A DNA stretch of 45,702 nucleotides, taken from an uncultured Clostridia bacterium (GTDB lineage Bacteria; Bacillota; Clostridia; Oscillospirales; JAAYOS01). The stretch covers positions 1 through 45,702 of the forward strand of contig CAMNWZ010000001.1 in assembly GCA_946566645.1 (NCBI GenBank), in the 5' to 3' direction. The position numbers and the translations under genes were made by a program. This document shows, one piece after another, positions 1-9,493 of this stretch. The notes below the pieces were generated by a model. It saw only the letters and a list, made by a program, of their open reading frames with translations. It made no database searches and was not told where the DNA came from. Within the stretch, counting starts at the first letter, position 1. Each line of letters opens with the position of its first letter.

Positions 1-2461
1 AATCGTTTCGCTGCTGCTTGCGGCGGTGCTGGTGATCGGGCTTGTGCCGATGGCGGGCGCGTACAGCGACGTCGCGGACAGCCAGCTTTCGGCGCGGCTC
101 GAGCTGCTGAGCGGCCTCGGCGTGGTAAACGGCTACACCGACGGCACTTTCAAGCCGCAGAACACGCTCACCCGCGCCGAGTTCACCAAGATGGTGGTGA
201 TGCTGCTCGGCGGCGGCAAGACCTGCGAGACCTTCGGCGCGTACACCATCTTCGGCGACGTGCCGTCGAGCGGCTGGTCGGCTAAGTTCATAAACTACGC
301 CGCACGCGACAAGGAGAAGGGTGGTCTGGGCTTGCTCAAGGGCTACACCGACGGCACCTTCAAGCCGAACAACACGATAACCTACGGCGAGGCGGCGACG
401 ATAATCCTGCGCGCGCTCGGCTACACCGACGCGGACGTCGGCTTCACCTGGCCGAAGAACTTCACCGACAAGGCGGCGTCGAGCGGACTCGGCGACCGCG
501 TGAGCCGTGGCGACTACGAGGCGATAAGCCGCGCCGACGCTGCGAACATCTTTTACAACGCGCTGTTCGTCGAGAAGAAGGACGGCTCCAAGCTGATAGA
601 CAACATGTACGGAGAGTCGATTTCATCGGCGCTTATACTGTCGGTTGATTCGGACGGCGTGCGCATCGCCGAGCGTCCGGACGACCGCTTCACCAACGCC
701 GCGGGTCTGACCGCCGAGGATGTCGGCACCCGCAAGAAGCTGACCCTCAACGAGAACGCGACCGCGATAATGTACGCTGAGAAGGTGAAGATGACCACCT
801 CCGAGAAGCAGGACGCGTTCATCTACTCGGTTAAGACCGAGGACGGACTTTGCTACGTCTCGCTCGACGGCTCGACCGAGGTGCTCTGCCTCGCGCCGGT
901 GGACGAGGGATGGATAGCCCGCAGCGCGAAGCTCACCGTCGACAGCGCGAGCGGCGCTATCGTTAAGGCGGAGCTGCTCGAGAGCCGCAACCGCACGGTG
1001 TCGTTTGCCTACTACTCGGGCGACCGCGTGACCGCCATCACCGGCGAGGTGTTCACCGTTCCCGCGAACACTCCGACCTACAAGGTGGAAAACGGCGAGA
1101 TGAGCGCGTCGCAGGCGTTCAGCGCGGTGCGTGACCATCTGAGCTACGGCGACGTGCTCGAGCTGACCCTCGGCTCGGACGGCACGGTAAAGCACGTTGT
1201 GGCGCGCACCGGCGAGGCGAAGGTGGCGCTGATAGAACCGGGCACGACCCTCACGGCGCTGCGCGAGGCGCTCGGAGCACCGGAAGGCGTTACGATATAC
1301 AAAAACGGCGCGGAGACATCGTTCTCCGCGCTCGCTGATTATGACGCCGCGAGCTACATTCCGGGCAGCAGCGTGATAATGGTCGGCGGCTTCCGTCTCA
1401 GCGCGGTGTACACCTACGCCGTGCCGAACACCACCGCCCCCGAGTCGATAACCGTCTACGGAAACACTCTCCGGCTCGCTCCGTGCGCCGTTAAGAGCGT
1501 TTCGCAGTTCAAGCCCAATGAGAGGCTGACTCTTATATTCGCGCCGGACGGACGCGTTGCAGGCGCTCTGGAGGGTGGCAGCCAGCGCTCGGTCGGCGTT
1601 GTCGACGGCTCGAAGGTGAAATTTCTCGGCGGACCGACGCTGAGCATCCCGACCGACGGCGCCGCGGACGGCGAGCTTGTGTCGGTCGCCTGCGGCAGCA
1701 AGGGACAGCCGTCGGTGTCGAGGGTGAGCGACCGCGCGACGAACTCGGCGCTCGACCTGGACGCGCTGACGCTCGGCGGAACGCCGCTCGCGGTGGGCTG
1801 CATGTTCTTCGAGCGGGTCGGCGGTCAGACTCCGGTGAGCATCACCCGCGAGGACATAAACCGCACGAGGATACCCGCGTCGAGCATACTCAACGTGACC
1901 TATGACGAGGCGGGACGCGCGAACCTGATAGTTTTCGACGACGTGACCGGTGACCGCTTCAGCTACGGCAGGGCGTGGATGTACGTCGAGGAGGAGACCA
2001 TCGGCGGAGGCACGCTGTCGGTCAGCTACGACCGCCGTCACATCGTGCTCACCGGCTCGAAGGGCGCCGACGACGGAAAGGTCGCGCAGACCGCGTTCCT
2101 GCCCTCCGACCTGCGCGCAAGCGAGAAGAACGCGACCTACGGACGGCGCTACTTCTGGTGCGGTGTCGCGACCGGAGCGTCGGGCGAGATAGAGAAGTAC
2201 AAGGCGCTGGACGTGAGCTATGCCGCCGACCGCACGACATTTGTCGGCTCGACCGCGGTGAAGGTCGGCGGGAAGAACGTGCCGATAGCGTCGGGCGTGC
2301 AGGTGTATCTCGAGAGCACCGAAGTGTTTATGAACTCGAGCGACTTCGAGAGCACGCTCGAGCTGGTGTCGGCGGCACGCGCACAGGGCGAGAAGTTCGA
2401 GCTGCTGCTCGACGCCGCGCCGGAGAACGGCGGCAAGGTGCGAGTGATCGTGGTCAAGTAA
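1..2461 (+). CDS. SLH-domain cell-surface protein, 5' end cut by window edge (frame starts at nt 2)
   Basis: Three tandem S-layer-homology repeats near the N-terminus (GYTDGTFKPQNTLTRAEF, GYTDGTFKPNNTITYGEA). The frame stays open upstream of the GTG at 26 and encodes a signal-peptide-like LLLAAVLVIGLVPMAGA. TAA at 2459-2461 is followed by a hairpin terminator. Confidence 0.85.
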   Translation, partial: IVSLLLAAVLVIGLVPMAGAYSDVADSQLSARLELLSGLGVVNGYTDGTFKPQNTLTRAEFTKMVVMLLGGGKTCETFGAYTIFGDVPSSGWSAKFINYAARDKEKGGLGLLKGYTDGTFKPNNTITYGEAATIILRALGYTDADVGFTWPKNFTDKAASSGLGDRVSRGDYEAISRADAANIFYNALFVEKKDGSKLIDNMYGESISSALILSVDSDGVRIAERPDDRFTNAAGLTAEDVGTRKKLTLNENATAIMYAEKVKMTTSEKQDAFIYSVKTEDGLCYVSLDGSTEVLCLAPVDEGWIARSAKLTVDSASGAIVKAELLESRNRTVSFAYYSGDRVTAITGEVFTVPANTPTYKVENGEMSASQAFSAVRDHLSYGDVLELTLGSDGTVKHVVARTGEAKVALIEPGTTLTALREALGAPEGVTIYKNGAETSFSALADYDAASYIPGSSVIMVGGFRLSAVYTYAVPNTTAPESITVYGNTLRLAPCAVKSVSQFKPNERLTLIFAPDGRVAGALEGGSQRSVGVVDGSKVKFLGGPTLSIPTDGAADGELVSVACGSKGQPSVSRVSDRATNSALDLDALTLGGTPLAVGCMFFERVGGQTPVSITREDINRTRIPASSILNVTYDEAGRANLIVFDDVTGDRFSYGRAWMYVEEETIGGGTLSVSYDRRHIVLTGSKGADDGKVAQTAFLPSDLRASEKNATYGRRYFWCGVATGASGEIEKYKALDVSYAADRTTFVGSTAVKVGGKNVPIASGVQVYLESTEVFMNSSDFESTLELVSAARAQGEKFELLLDAAPENGGKVRVIVVK

Positions 2462-2480
2462 GGCTGATTTCGGACATAGA

Positions 2481-2516
2481 AAAAACGGAATGTTCCACGT
2501 GGAACATTCCGTTTTT
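2481..2516. terminator. Bidirectional rho-independent terminator between the SLH gene and glgA
   Basis: Perfect palindrome AACGGAATGTTCCAC/GTGGAACATTCCGTT flanked by an A-run and a T-run. Confidence 0.8.
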
Positions 2517-2530
2517 GTTTTGTGTCTGCC

Positions 2531-3970
2531 TCAGCGCTTGCCGGTTATCTTCTGGTACAGCTTGCGATACTCCAGCGCGGACCTTGCCCAGGAGAAGTCG
2601 CGCTTCATGCCGCGCAGCTTCATCGCCTCCCACTCCTCGGGGTCGGAGCGGTAGAGGCGGGTCGCGAGCCAGAGGACGTGTATCATCTCGTCGGCGTTGT
2701 AGTTGGCGAAGGTGAAGCCGAGTCCGGTGTGCTCAAACTCGTTGTACGGCTCGACCGTGTCCTTCAGACCGCCGGTCTCGCGCACGACCGGTATCGTGCC
2801 GTAGCGCATGGCTATCATCTGGCTGAGACCGCACGGCTCCTTCTGCGACGGCATGAGGAAGATGTCCGAGCCGGCGTAGATGCGGCGCGCGAGATCCTCG
2901 CTGAAGGTGATGCACGCGGCGACGCGTCCGGGATAGCGCTGCGCCGCCTGGCGGAAGAACTGCTCGTAGCCGTGCTCGCCCGTTCCGAGAACGACGAACT
3001 GCACGCCGAGCGACATCATCGCGTCCATCCGCGCGAGCACGAGATCCATGCCCTTGTGCGCCGCCAGCCGGGTGACGCAGGCGACTATCGGCGTGTCCGG
3101 CTCGACCGACAGTCCGAGCGACTGCTGAAGGTCGGCTTTGCACTTCGCCTTGCCCGATATGTCGTCGGCGGAGTAGTCCTCGATGATGCTCTGGTCGGTG
3201 GACGGGTCGTAGCTCACCGTGTCGATGCCGTTGAGTATGCCGCTGAACTTGTCGCCAAGCACGTTCACCACGCCGTCCAGACCGTAGGCGTAGTAGGGAT
3301 AGCGCAGCTCGTTTGCGTAGGTGGGGGAGACGGTGTTTACCGCGTCGCTTGTGAGCATGGCGCCCTTCATCAGCGACACGTCCTTCTCGAACTCGAGCTT
3401 GCCCGACGTGTACCAGCCCTCGTTGAGTCCGAACAGCTCGCCGAGCAGCTCGTGACCGTAGCGTCCTTGGTACTCGATGTTGTGGATGGTGAACAGCGTC
3501 TTGATGTTTCGCAGCGACTCGTCCGAGCCCATCATGTCGTGGAGGTAGAGGGGCACGAGCGCCGACTGCCAGTCGTTGCAGTGGACGATGTCCGGGCGCC
3601 AGTCGATGTTCCAGAGAAGCTCGGCTGCCGCGCGGGAGAAGAAGGCGAACCGCTCGCCGTCGTCGAAGTGACCGTAGAGGCGGTCGCGCTTGAAGTAGTA
3701 CTCGTTGTCGAGGAAGTAGTAGATGGTGCTGCGGTACTTCATGGTGAACACGCCGCAGTATATCTTGCGCCAGCCGAGCGTGACATAGTAGTTCTTCTCG
3801 TATGTCATCTGCTGACGCCAGTGGTCGCTTATGCTGCCGTAGAGGGGCAGAACGACGCGGCATGAGTTGCCCGGCGCCTGGAGAGCTTCGGGCAGCGCGC
3901 CCGCGACGTCTCCGAGGCCACCGCTCTTGGCGAACGGCGCGCACTCGCTGGTTACGAACAATGTCTTCAT
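2531..3970 (-). CDS. glgA: Glycogen (starch) synthase
   Basis: 479 aa. N-terminus MKTLFVTSECAPFAKSGGLGDVAGALP is the canonical GT5 ADP-glucose glycogen synthase motif (KxGGL). Sits at the end of the glgBCDA gene order. Confidence 0.95.
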   Translation of the reverse strand: MKTLFVTSECAPFAKSGGLGDVAGALPEALQAPGNSCRVVLPLYGSISDHWRQQMTYEKNYYVTLGWRKIYCGVFTMKYRSTIYYFLDNEYYFKRDRLYGHFDDGERFAFFSRAAAELLWNIDWRPDIVHCNDWQSALVPLYLHDMMGSDESLRNIKTLFTIHNIEYQGRYGHELLGELFGLNEGWYTSGKLEFEKDVSLMKGAMLTSDAVNTVSPTYANELRYPYYAYGLDGVVNVLGDKFSGILNGIDTVSYDPSTDQSIIEDYSADDISGKAKCKADLQQSLGLSVEPDTPIVACVTRLAAHKGMDLVLARMDAMMSLGVQFVVLGTGEHGYEQFFRQAAQRYPGRVAACITFSEDLARRIYAGSDIFLMPSQKEPCGLSQMIAMRYGTIPVVRETGGLKDTVEPYNEFEHTGLGFTFANYNADEMIHVLWLATRLYRSDPEEWEAMKLRGMKRDFSWARSALEYRKLYQKITGKR

Positions 3971-3974
3971 AGGA

Positions 3975-5114
3975 TCAGACCTCGCTTCCCTTGGAAATTA
4001 CTATCGGATAGGACTCGTGTCCCATCAGCATGCGACCCTCTTTGATGCGGGTGTCCTTGTCGGTTATGACGCACTGAAGCTCCGCGCCCGCCTCGACAAC
4101 GGTGTCCTGCATGAGGATGCAGCCCTTGACCTTCGCGCCGGGGTGTATCTTGACGCCGCGGAAGATTATGCTGTCCTCGACGTCGCCCTCGATGTAGCAG
4201 CCGTCGGCGACGAGGCAGTTTTTCGAGCGCGAGTCGGGCGAGTAGTAGGTGGGCGCCTCGTCGCGGACCTTGGTCTTGACCGTGCGGTCGCGCGGGAAAA
4301 GGTCGCGGCGAACCTGGCTGTCGAGCAGCTTCATCGAAAGCTCGTAGTAGAGCTGGGTGGTCTCGGGACGCGCGGCGAACACCGGAACGATGTAGCTTCC
4401 TATCTTCAGCTCGCTGAGATGGCGCAGCAGCACGCCGCTCTCAAAGTCGTACTCGCCGTGCTCGGCGCAGTCGTCTATCATGCTCAGCAGCAGCTCCTTG
4501 GACAGGATGTAGAAGCCGAGACCGGCGATGCCCTCCGCGTGCTGAAGGCTGCCGTCCTTGCAGATCTTGACGTCGGTCGCCCAGCCGTCCTGACCGAACT
4601 TGAAGCGCACCGTCGCGTCCAGGTAGCGGTCGTCAGGCAGGCATACCGCCGTGACATCCGCGCCCATCTGGAGATGGTTCTCGAACACCTTCGCGAGGTC
4701 GAAGTTCGCGACGGTCATCGCGTCGGCTATCGCGACGTAGTCCTGGCGTATCCGCTCGACATAGGTGCGCACGCTCGACAGCGCGTCCATCACGCCGAAG
4801 TAGTTGTTCGAGCCCTTGTGGCGGTGGCTCTCGGCGAGCGCGAACGGGGGCAGCAGCTTGAGTCCGCCGAGCTTGCGGCTGAGGTCCCAGTCCTTGCCCG
4901 CGCCGAGGTGGTCGAGAAGCGACTGATAGCGCTCCTCCATCAGCACGCCGATGTCGGTCACGCCGGCGTTGGTCATTATCGAGATGACGAAGTCGATAAG
5001 GCGGTAGCGTCCGCCGAAGGGTATCGACGGCGCGGTGCGATGATCGACAAGTTCCCGAAGTCCCTGCTGGTGCTCGGTGCTGTATCCGAAAACGATTCCG
5101 TGAAGATTATTCAT
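3975..5114 (-). CDS. glgD: Glucose-1-phosphate adenylyltransferase regulatory subunit GlgD
   Basis: 379 aa nucleotidyltransferase plus left-handed beta-helix architecture, like GlgC but lacking the GGxGxRL loop (has FGYSTEHQQGL instead). 4-nt gaps to glgC and glgA. Confidence 0.88.
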   Translation of the reverse strand: MNNLHGIVFGYSTEHQQGLRELVDHRTAPSIPFGGRYRLIDFVISIMTNAGVTDIGVLMEERYQSLLDHLGAGKDWDLSRKLGGLKLLPPFALAESHRHKGSNNYFGVMDALSSVRTYVERIRQDYVAIADAMTVANFDLAKVFENHLQMGADVTAVCLPDDRYLDATVRFKFGQDGWATDVKICKDGSLQHAEGIAGLGFYILSKELLLSMIDDCAEHGEYDFESGVLLRHLSELKIGSYIVPVFAARPETTQLYYELSMKLLDSQVRRDLFPRDRTVKTKVRDEAPTYYSPDSRSKNCLVADGCYIEGDVEDSIIFRGVKIHPGAKVKGCILMQDTVVEAGAELQCVITDKDTRIKEGRMLMGHESYPIVISKGSEV

Positions 5115-5118
5115 GATC

Positions 5119-6333
5119 TTACTTCGCCTCCTTGTCCGCGAGGTCGCTGTCTATCATGTCCTTCGGCTCGACCGTGCGGTTCTTTCCGATGGTCACGCCC
5201 GCCGCGACCACCGCGATGCCCCACTTGTCGGGGTGGGTGTCCTTCGGGTCTGCGCCGACGTGCGCTCCCGCCGCGACGTGCGCGTCCTCCGCCACTATCG
5301 CGTACTCGACAACCGCGCCCGGGTCGATGACCGCGCCGGGCATTATCACCGAGTAGCGAACCTTTGCGCCCTCGCCGATCATCACGCTGTGAAAGAGCAC
5401 CGAGTTTTCGACGTCGCCCTCTATCTCGCAGCCCTCCGGCACTATCGAGTGTTCGACGCGCGCGTTCTTGCCGATGTAGTGCGGCGGCGCGGTCGGGTTG
5501 CGGGTGTACACCTTCCAGTCGCTGCCGAACGCGTCGAGTTGCGGGTTTATCAGCATGTCCATGTTCGCGTCCCACAGGCTGTTTATCGTGCCGACGTCCT
5601 TCCAGTAGCCGTCGAACTTGTGCGCGACGACCGTCTCGCCGGCAGCGAGCATGGCGGGAATGATGTCCCCGCCGAAGTCGTTTTTCGAGTTCGGGTTTGC
5701 CTCATCGGCGTTGAGATAGTCGCGCAGCTTCGACCAGGTGAAGACGTATATGCCCATCGACGCGAGGTTGGACTTCGGCTCCTTCGGCTTCTCGACAAAC
5801 TCGGTTATGCGGTTCTCCGAGTCCACCGACATGATGCCGAAGCGGCTCGCCTCCTCCCACTCGACCTCGATGACGGCTATCGTCGCCGCCGCGTTCTGGC
5901 GCTTGTGCTGGTCGAGCATCTTGGCGTAGTCCATCTTGTAGATGTGGTCGCCGCCGAGAATGACGACATACTCGGGGTCGTACTGCTCGATGAAGTCCAT
6001 GTTCTGGTAGATGGCGTTTGCCGTGCCCTTGTACCACTCGCCGGTCGAGCCGGTCATGTACGGCTGAAGGACGTGGACGCCGCCGTCGTTGCGGTCGAGA
6101 TCCCACGGCTGTCCGTTGCCTATGTAGGCGTTCAGCTCCTGCGGGCGGTACTGGGTGAGCACTCCGACCGTGTCTATGTCCGAGTTTATGCAGTTAGACA
6201 GCGGAAAGTCGATTATGCGGTATTTCCCTCCGAAAGGAACGGCGGGTTTCGCGACCTTGGTGGTCAGCACATACAGGCGCGATCCCTGTCCGCCGGCAAG
6301 TATCATCGCCACGACGTTCTTTCTGTTGCCCAT
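5119..6333 (-). CDS. glgC: Glucose-1-phosphate adenylyltransferase
   Basis: 404 aa. [41 protein letters not shown] is the classic GlgC N-terminal signature. RBS AAAGGAGG upstream. Confidence 0.95.
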   Translation of the reverse strand: MGNRKNVVAMILAGGQGSRLYVLTTKVAKPAVPFGGKYRIIDFPLSNCINSDIDTVGVLTQYRPQELNAYIGNGQPWDLDRNDGGVHVLQPYMTGSTGEWYKGTANAIYQNMDFIEQYDPEYVVILGGDHIYKMDYAKMLDQHKRQNAAATIAVIEVEWEEASRFGIMSVDSENRITEFVEKPKEPKSNLASMGIYVFTWSKLRDYLNADEANPNSKNDFGGDIIPAMLAAGETVVAHKFDGYWKDVGTINSLWDANMDMLINPQLDAFGSDWKVYTRNPTAPPHYIGKNARVEHSIVPEGCEIEGDVENSVLFHSVMIGEGAKVRYSVIMPGAVIDPGAVVEYAIVAEDAHVAAGAHVGADPKDTHPDKWGIAVVAAGVTIGKNRTVEPKDMIDSDLADKEAK

Positions 6334-6408
6334 GACTTATAGCCTCCTTTGCGGTGCGCACGCTGCCTCCCGAAACCGTTTTTCGGGCGCACGCATCCAC
6401 TTTGGCTA

Positions 6409-6436
6409 AATTATACCATACGCAAATCGGTTTGTC
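6409..6436 (-). promoter_or_regulatory. Candidate sigma-A promoter for glgCDA
   Basis: On the minus strand: TGACAA, 16 nt spacer, extended -10 TGGTATAAT. Lies downstream of the glgB terminator and about 75 nt upstream of the glgC ATG. Confidence 0.55.
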
Positions 6437-6489
6437 ATCCATTTTTTATAAATTCGACAAAAAATTTGTTGGAATTTTCCAACCCACAC

Positions 6490-6525
6490 AAAAAAACGAC
6501 CCACCGACATGAAGTCAATGGGTCG
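6490..6525 (-). terminator. Rho-independent terminator after glgB
   Basis: Minus strand CGACCCA-loop-TGGGTCG followed by a T7 run, 15 nt after the glgB stop. Confidence 0.65.
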
Positions 6526-6539
6526 CTGTAAGTTGTGGT

Positions 6540-8759
6540 TTAAGCCTTGCGGTCTTTTTTCAGCTCTCTGTCGAGCCTCAGCACCACGCCGCCCATCGGG
6601 GGCAGGTTTATGCGTATCGAACGCTCGCGCTCGTGCTGCGGCACCGCGTAGGTGTACAGCGGCTCGGTGTTGAGGTGCGCGCCCTCCCCGCCGAAAGCGG
6701 TCGAGTCGGTGTTGAACACCTCTTTGTAGACGCCGCTGCGCTGCACGCCGACGAGATAGCCGTCGCGGTTAACAGGCGAGAAGTTTATCACGAACAGCAG
6801 CTCGCGTCCCTTCTTGTCGCGGCGGACGAAGCTGACGGTGTTTGCGCGAAAGTCGTCGTGGCATATCCACTCGAAGCCGTCCCACGAGTAGTCTATCTCC
6901 CACAGCTCGGGGTTTGCCTTGTAGAACTTGTTCAGCGCGGAGACGTAGTCCTTCAGCTTCGCGTGGCGGTCGAAGTCGAGCAGCAGCCAGTCGAGCGAGT
7001 TCTCGAAGTTCCACTCGATGAACTGACCGAACTCCTGACCCATGAACAGCAGCTTCTTGCCCGGATGCGCGAACATATACAGCAGGAACGCGCGGACGCC
7101 GGCGAACTTCTGCTCATACTCGCCGGGCATCTTGTCGAGCAGCGAGCGCTTGCCGTGGACGACCTCGTCGTGCGAGACGGGAAGCAGGAAGTTTTCGCTG
7201 AACGCGTACATGAACGAGAAGGTTATGTCCTTGTGGTTGAACTGGCGGAAGTATGGGTCGAGGCAGACATAGTGCATCATGTCGTTCATCCAACCCATGT
7301 TCCACTTGAAGTTGAAGCCGAGACCTCCGTCGTGCGGGGGCTTGGTGACCATCGGCCAGGCGGTCGACTCCTCGGCTATCAGCGCCACATCCGGATGGGC
7401 GGAGAGCAGCACCTCGCTGAGCTTGCGCAGGAACGCCACCGCTTCGAGGTTTTCCTTGCCGCCGTGCTTGTTGGCGCGCCACTGACCGTCCTGCCTGCCG
7501 TAGTCGAGGTAGAGCATCGACGCGACCGCGTCTATGCGTATGCCGTCGGCGTGGAACACCTCCACCCAGAAGTTCGCGCTGGACAGCAGGAACGCGCGAA
7601 CCTCGGTGCGCGAGTAGTCAAAGATGCGGGTGCCCCAGTCGGGATGCTCGCGCATGAGCACGTCCTCGCCCTCGTAAAGTCCGGTGCCGTCGAACTCGAC
7701 AAGGCCGTGGCCGTCGCGCGGGAAGTGTGCGGGCACCCAGTCGAGTATCACGCCTATGCCCGCGTTGTGCAGGCGGTCGATAAGCCGCATGAGGTCGGCG
7801 GGTGTGCCGAAGCGGCTGGTCGCGGCGAAGTATCCGGTGACCTGATAGCCCCAGCTCGCGTCGAGCGGATGCTCCATGACCGGCATGAACTCGACGTGTG
7901 TGAAGCCCGTCTCCTTGAGGTAGGGGATGAGCTCGTCGCCTATCATGTCATAGCTGTAGAACTGACCGTCCGCGCCGTTTGTGACCTTCTTCCAGCTGCC
8001 GAGATGCATCTCGTAGATGCTCATCGGCTTTTCGAGGATGCTGCCCTCGGCGCGCCTCTTCATCCACGCCGCGTCGGTCCACTTGTGGCAGCCATCGAGC
8101 GGATAGAGCTTGGACGCGTTTTGGGGTCGGGTCTCGGCATGGAAGGCGTACGGGTCGCACTTGTCCTTGATGTCACCCGACTGCGACTCGACCGAGTACT
8201 TGTACGAGTGATAGATGTCGGCGCCCGCGATGAATGTCTCCCAGACCTCGCTGTCCGCCTTCATCCGCTTCATCACGCCCTTGTCGCGCGTCCAGCCGTT
8301 GAACTCGCCGATGACCGACACGCTCTTGGCGTTCGGCGCCCAGACGCGGAAGGTGTAGCCCTTCTTGCCGCCGACCGTCGCGGGATGCGCGCCCAGCCAG
8401 TCGTACGCCTTGCACTCGCTGCCCTCGTGGTAGAGGTAGATGTGGTCGGCGAGCGCCTTCTGCGCCGCCTTGTCCACCGGCTTCTTCGCGGCGGGCTTCT
8501 TTGCGGCTTTAGTCGCGGTGGGCTTCTCCGCCTTGACTTCGGTCTTCGCCGCGGGCTTCTTGACTTCCGCCTTAGCCGCGGGCTTTGCGACCTTCTCGGT
8601 CTTTGCCGCGGGCTTCTTGACTTCCGCCTTAGCCGCGGGCTTTGCCGCCTTCTCGGTCTTCACGGCTTCGGTCGGCTTCTTCTCGACCGGCTTGGTCTTG
8701 GCAGGCTCGGTTTTCTTGGTCTTAGCAGTCTTGGCGTTCTTCTCCGCCATAGCTGCCAC
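6540..8759 (-). CDS. glgB: 1,4-alpha-glucan branching enzyme with Lys/Ala/Pro-rich N-terminal extension
   Basis: 739 aa. GH13 branching-enzyme body (CBM48-like region, then GVILDWVPAHF, GIRIDAVASMLY, IAEESTAWP, VSHDEVVHGK). Strong RBS AAGGAGG 7 nt before the ATG at 8759. The first ~105 aa are a KPAAK-type low-complexity stretch. Confidence 0.93.
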   Translation of the reverse strand: MAAMAEKNAKTAKTKKTEPAKTKPVEKKPTEAVKTEKAAKPAAKAEVKKPAAKTEKVAKPAAKAEVKKPAAKTEVKAEKPTATKAAKKPAAKKPVDKAAQKALADHIYLYHEGSECKAYDWLGAHPATVGGKKGYTFRVWAPNAKSVSVIGEFNGWTRDKGVMKRMKADSEVWETFIAGADIYHSYKYSVESQSGDIKDKCDPYAFHAETRPQNASKLYPLDGCHKWTDAAWMKRRAEGSILEKPMSIYEMHLGSWKKVTNGADGQFYSYDMIGDELIPYLKETGFTHVEFMPVMEHPLDASWGYQVTGYFAATSRFGTPADLMRLIDRLHNAGIGVILDWVPAHFPRDGHGLVEFDGTGLYEGEDVLMREHPDWGTRIFDYSRTEVRAFLLSSANFWVEVFHADGIRIDAVASMLYLDYGRQDGQWRANKHGGKENLEAVAFLRKLSEVLLSAHPDVALIAEESTAWPMVTKPPHDGGLGFNFKWNMGWMNDMMHYVCLDPYFRQFNHKDITFSFMYAFSENFLLPVSHDEVVHGKRSLLDKMPGEYEQKFAGVRAFLLYMFAHPGKKLLFMGQEFGQFIEWNFENSLDWLLLDFDRHAKLKDYVSALNKFYKANPELWEIDYSWDGFEWICHDDFRANTVSFVRRDKKGRELLFVINFSPVNRDGYLVGVQRSGVYKEVFNTDSTAFGGEGAHLNTEPLYTYAVPQHERERSIRINLPPMGGVVLRLDRELKKDRKA
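8548..8661 (-). repeat. 57-bp tandem duplication inside the glgB 5' region
   Basis: GCCGCGGGCTTCTTGACTTCCGCCTTAGCCGCGGGCTTTGC occurs at 8548 and again at 8605. It encodes two copies of AKPAAKAEVKKPAAKTE(K/V). Confidence 0.8.
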
Positions 8760-8774
8760 CTCCTTTGCAGAGAT

Positions 8775-9353
8775 TTATTTCTTTATGACAACGCCATATG
8801 TATCGGCGCCCAGGCACGCCGCGTTGCCCTCGTCGAAGTCGATGTGCATCGCCGCGCGGAAGTTCGGGCTGACACGCACGACCACCTCGTCAAACGTCAG
8901 CGCGCGCTCGCCCTCCAGGCGAACCTGCACCGTCTCCTTGTCCGAAAGACCGTGCTTCGCGGCGTCGTCGGGGGTCATGTGGATGTGGCGCTTCGCGACT
9001 ATCACGCCCTCGTTTATCTCGATCTCGCCGGCGGGTCCGATTATCTTGCAGGGGGCGCTGCCCTTCAGGTCGCCGCTCTCACGGACGGGGGGAGTGAGTC
9101 CGAGCACGCGCGCGTCGGTGAAGCTGACCTCCACCTGAACCGCCGAGCGCTCCGGTCCGAGTATCGACACGCGGTCGATTCCGCCGCGCGGTCCCTCTAT
9201 GCGAACCTTCTCCTCGGTCAGATACTGACCGGGCTGGCTCAGCTCGCGCTTGTTGTGAAGCTCGTAGCCCGCGCCGAACAGCGCCTCGAGAGCCTCCTTG
9301 GTGACGTGGACGTGGCGGGCGCTGCCCTCCACCAAAACCTTCATAGGTTCCAT
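8775..9353 (-). CDS. pduL: Phosphate propanoyl/acetyl-transferase, PduL family
   Basis: Two PduL repeats with the typical ARHVHV and KRHIHM histidine motifs. I prefer the start MEPMKV at 9353 (RBS-like AAAGGGTG upstream) over the track start at 9410. The stop is 15 nt before the glgB ATG. Confidence 0.85.
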   Translation of the reverse strand: MEPMKVLVEGSARHVHVTKEALEALFGAGYELHNKRELSQPGQYLTEEKVRIEGPRGGIDRVSILGPERSAVQVEVSFTDARVLGLTPPVRESGDLKGSAPCKIIGPAGEIEINEGVIVAKRHIHMTPDDAAKHGLSDKETVQVRLEGERALTFDEVVVRVSPNFRAAMHIDFDEGNAACLGADTYGVVIKK

Positions 9354-9400
9354 ATCTATTACACCCTTTCGATTTTCAAGAGATTTGCTTTCGCAAGACC

Positions 9401-9429
9401 ATTTTAGCACAACGGTGATAAAACTTCAA
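9401..9429 (-). promoter_or_regulatory. Candidate sigma-A promoter for pduL-glgB
   Basis: Minus strand TTGAAG, 17 nt spacer, TGcTAAAAT (extended -10). Confidence 0.55.
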
Positions 9430-9465
9430 TAGATTTCGGGGAGGGCTCGGTCACTCTTTTTCGAC

Positions 9466-9488
9466 AAAATCAAAGAAAATTTGATTTT
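9466..9488. promoter_or_regulatory. Candidate operator palindrome between divergent promoters
   Basis: AAAATCAAA-GAAAA-TTTGATTTT, perfect 9-bp arms. Lies immediately upstream of the -35 of the XRE promoter. Confidence 0.35.
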
Positions 9489-9493
9489 AGCCC

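Noticed and set aside
623-2041. 472-aa minus-strand ORF (plus several shorter ones) inside the first SLH gene
   Set aside because: Arg/Ala/His/Val-rich translation with no motifs, fully antisense to a gene with clear SLH repeats. This is a typical high-GC shadow ORF.
2522-6342. Long plus-strand ORFs 2522-3865, 3867-5330 and 5113-6342 opposite glgA, glgD and glgC
   Set aside because: They are antisense to genes with unmistakable glycogen-enzyme signatures. The translations are low-complexity and Arg/Leu/Val/Ala/Asp-rich, with no RBS.
6334-6408. Possible riboswitch or attenuator in the glgC leader (hairpin CCCGAAAAACGGTTTCGGG, repeated GCGTGCGC)
   Set aside because: I cannot match it to any known riboswitch class by eye, and there is no terminator/antiterminator alternative. 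It is mentioned only as leader structure.
6633-9407. 924-aa plus-strand ORF opposite glgB and pduL
   Set aside because: It is a shadow ORF that spans two real minus-strand genes and their intergenic RBS, and it contains no recognisable domain.
9354-9410. Longer pduL start at 9410
   Set aside because: The extra 19 residues (MLKWSCESKSLENRKGVID) are not PduL-like and there is no RBS. The ATG at 9353 gives the family-typical MEPMKVLVEGSARHVHV N-terminus.
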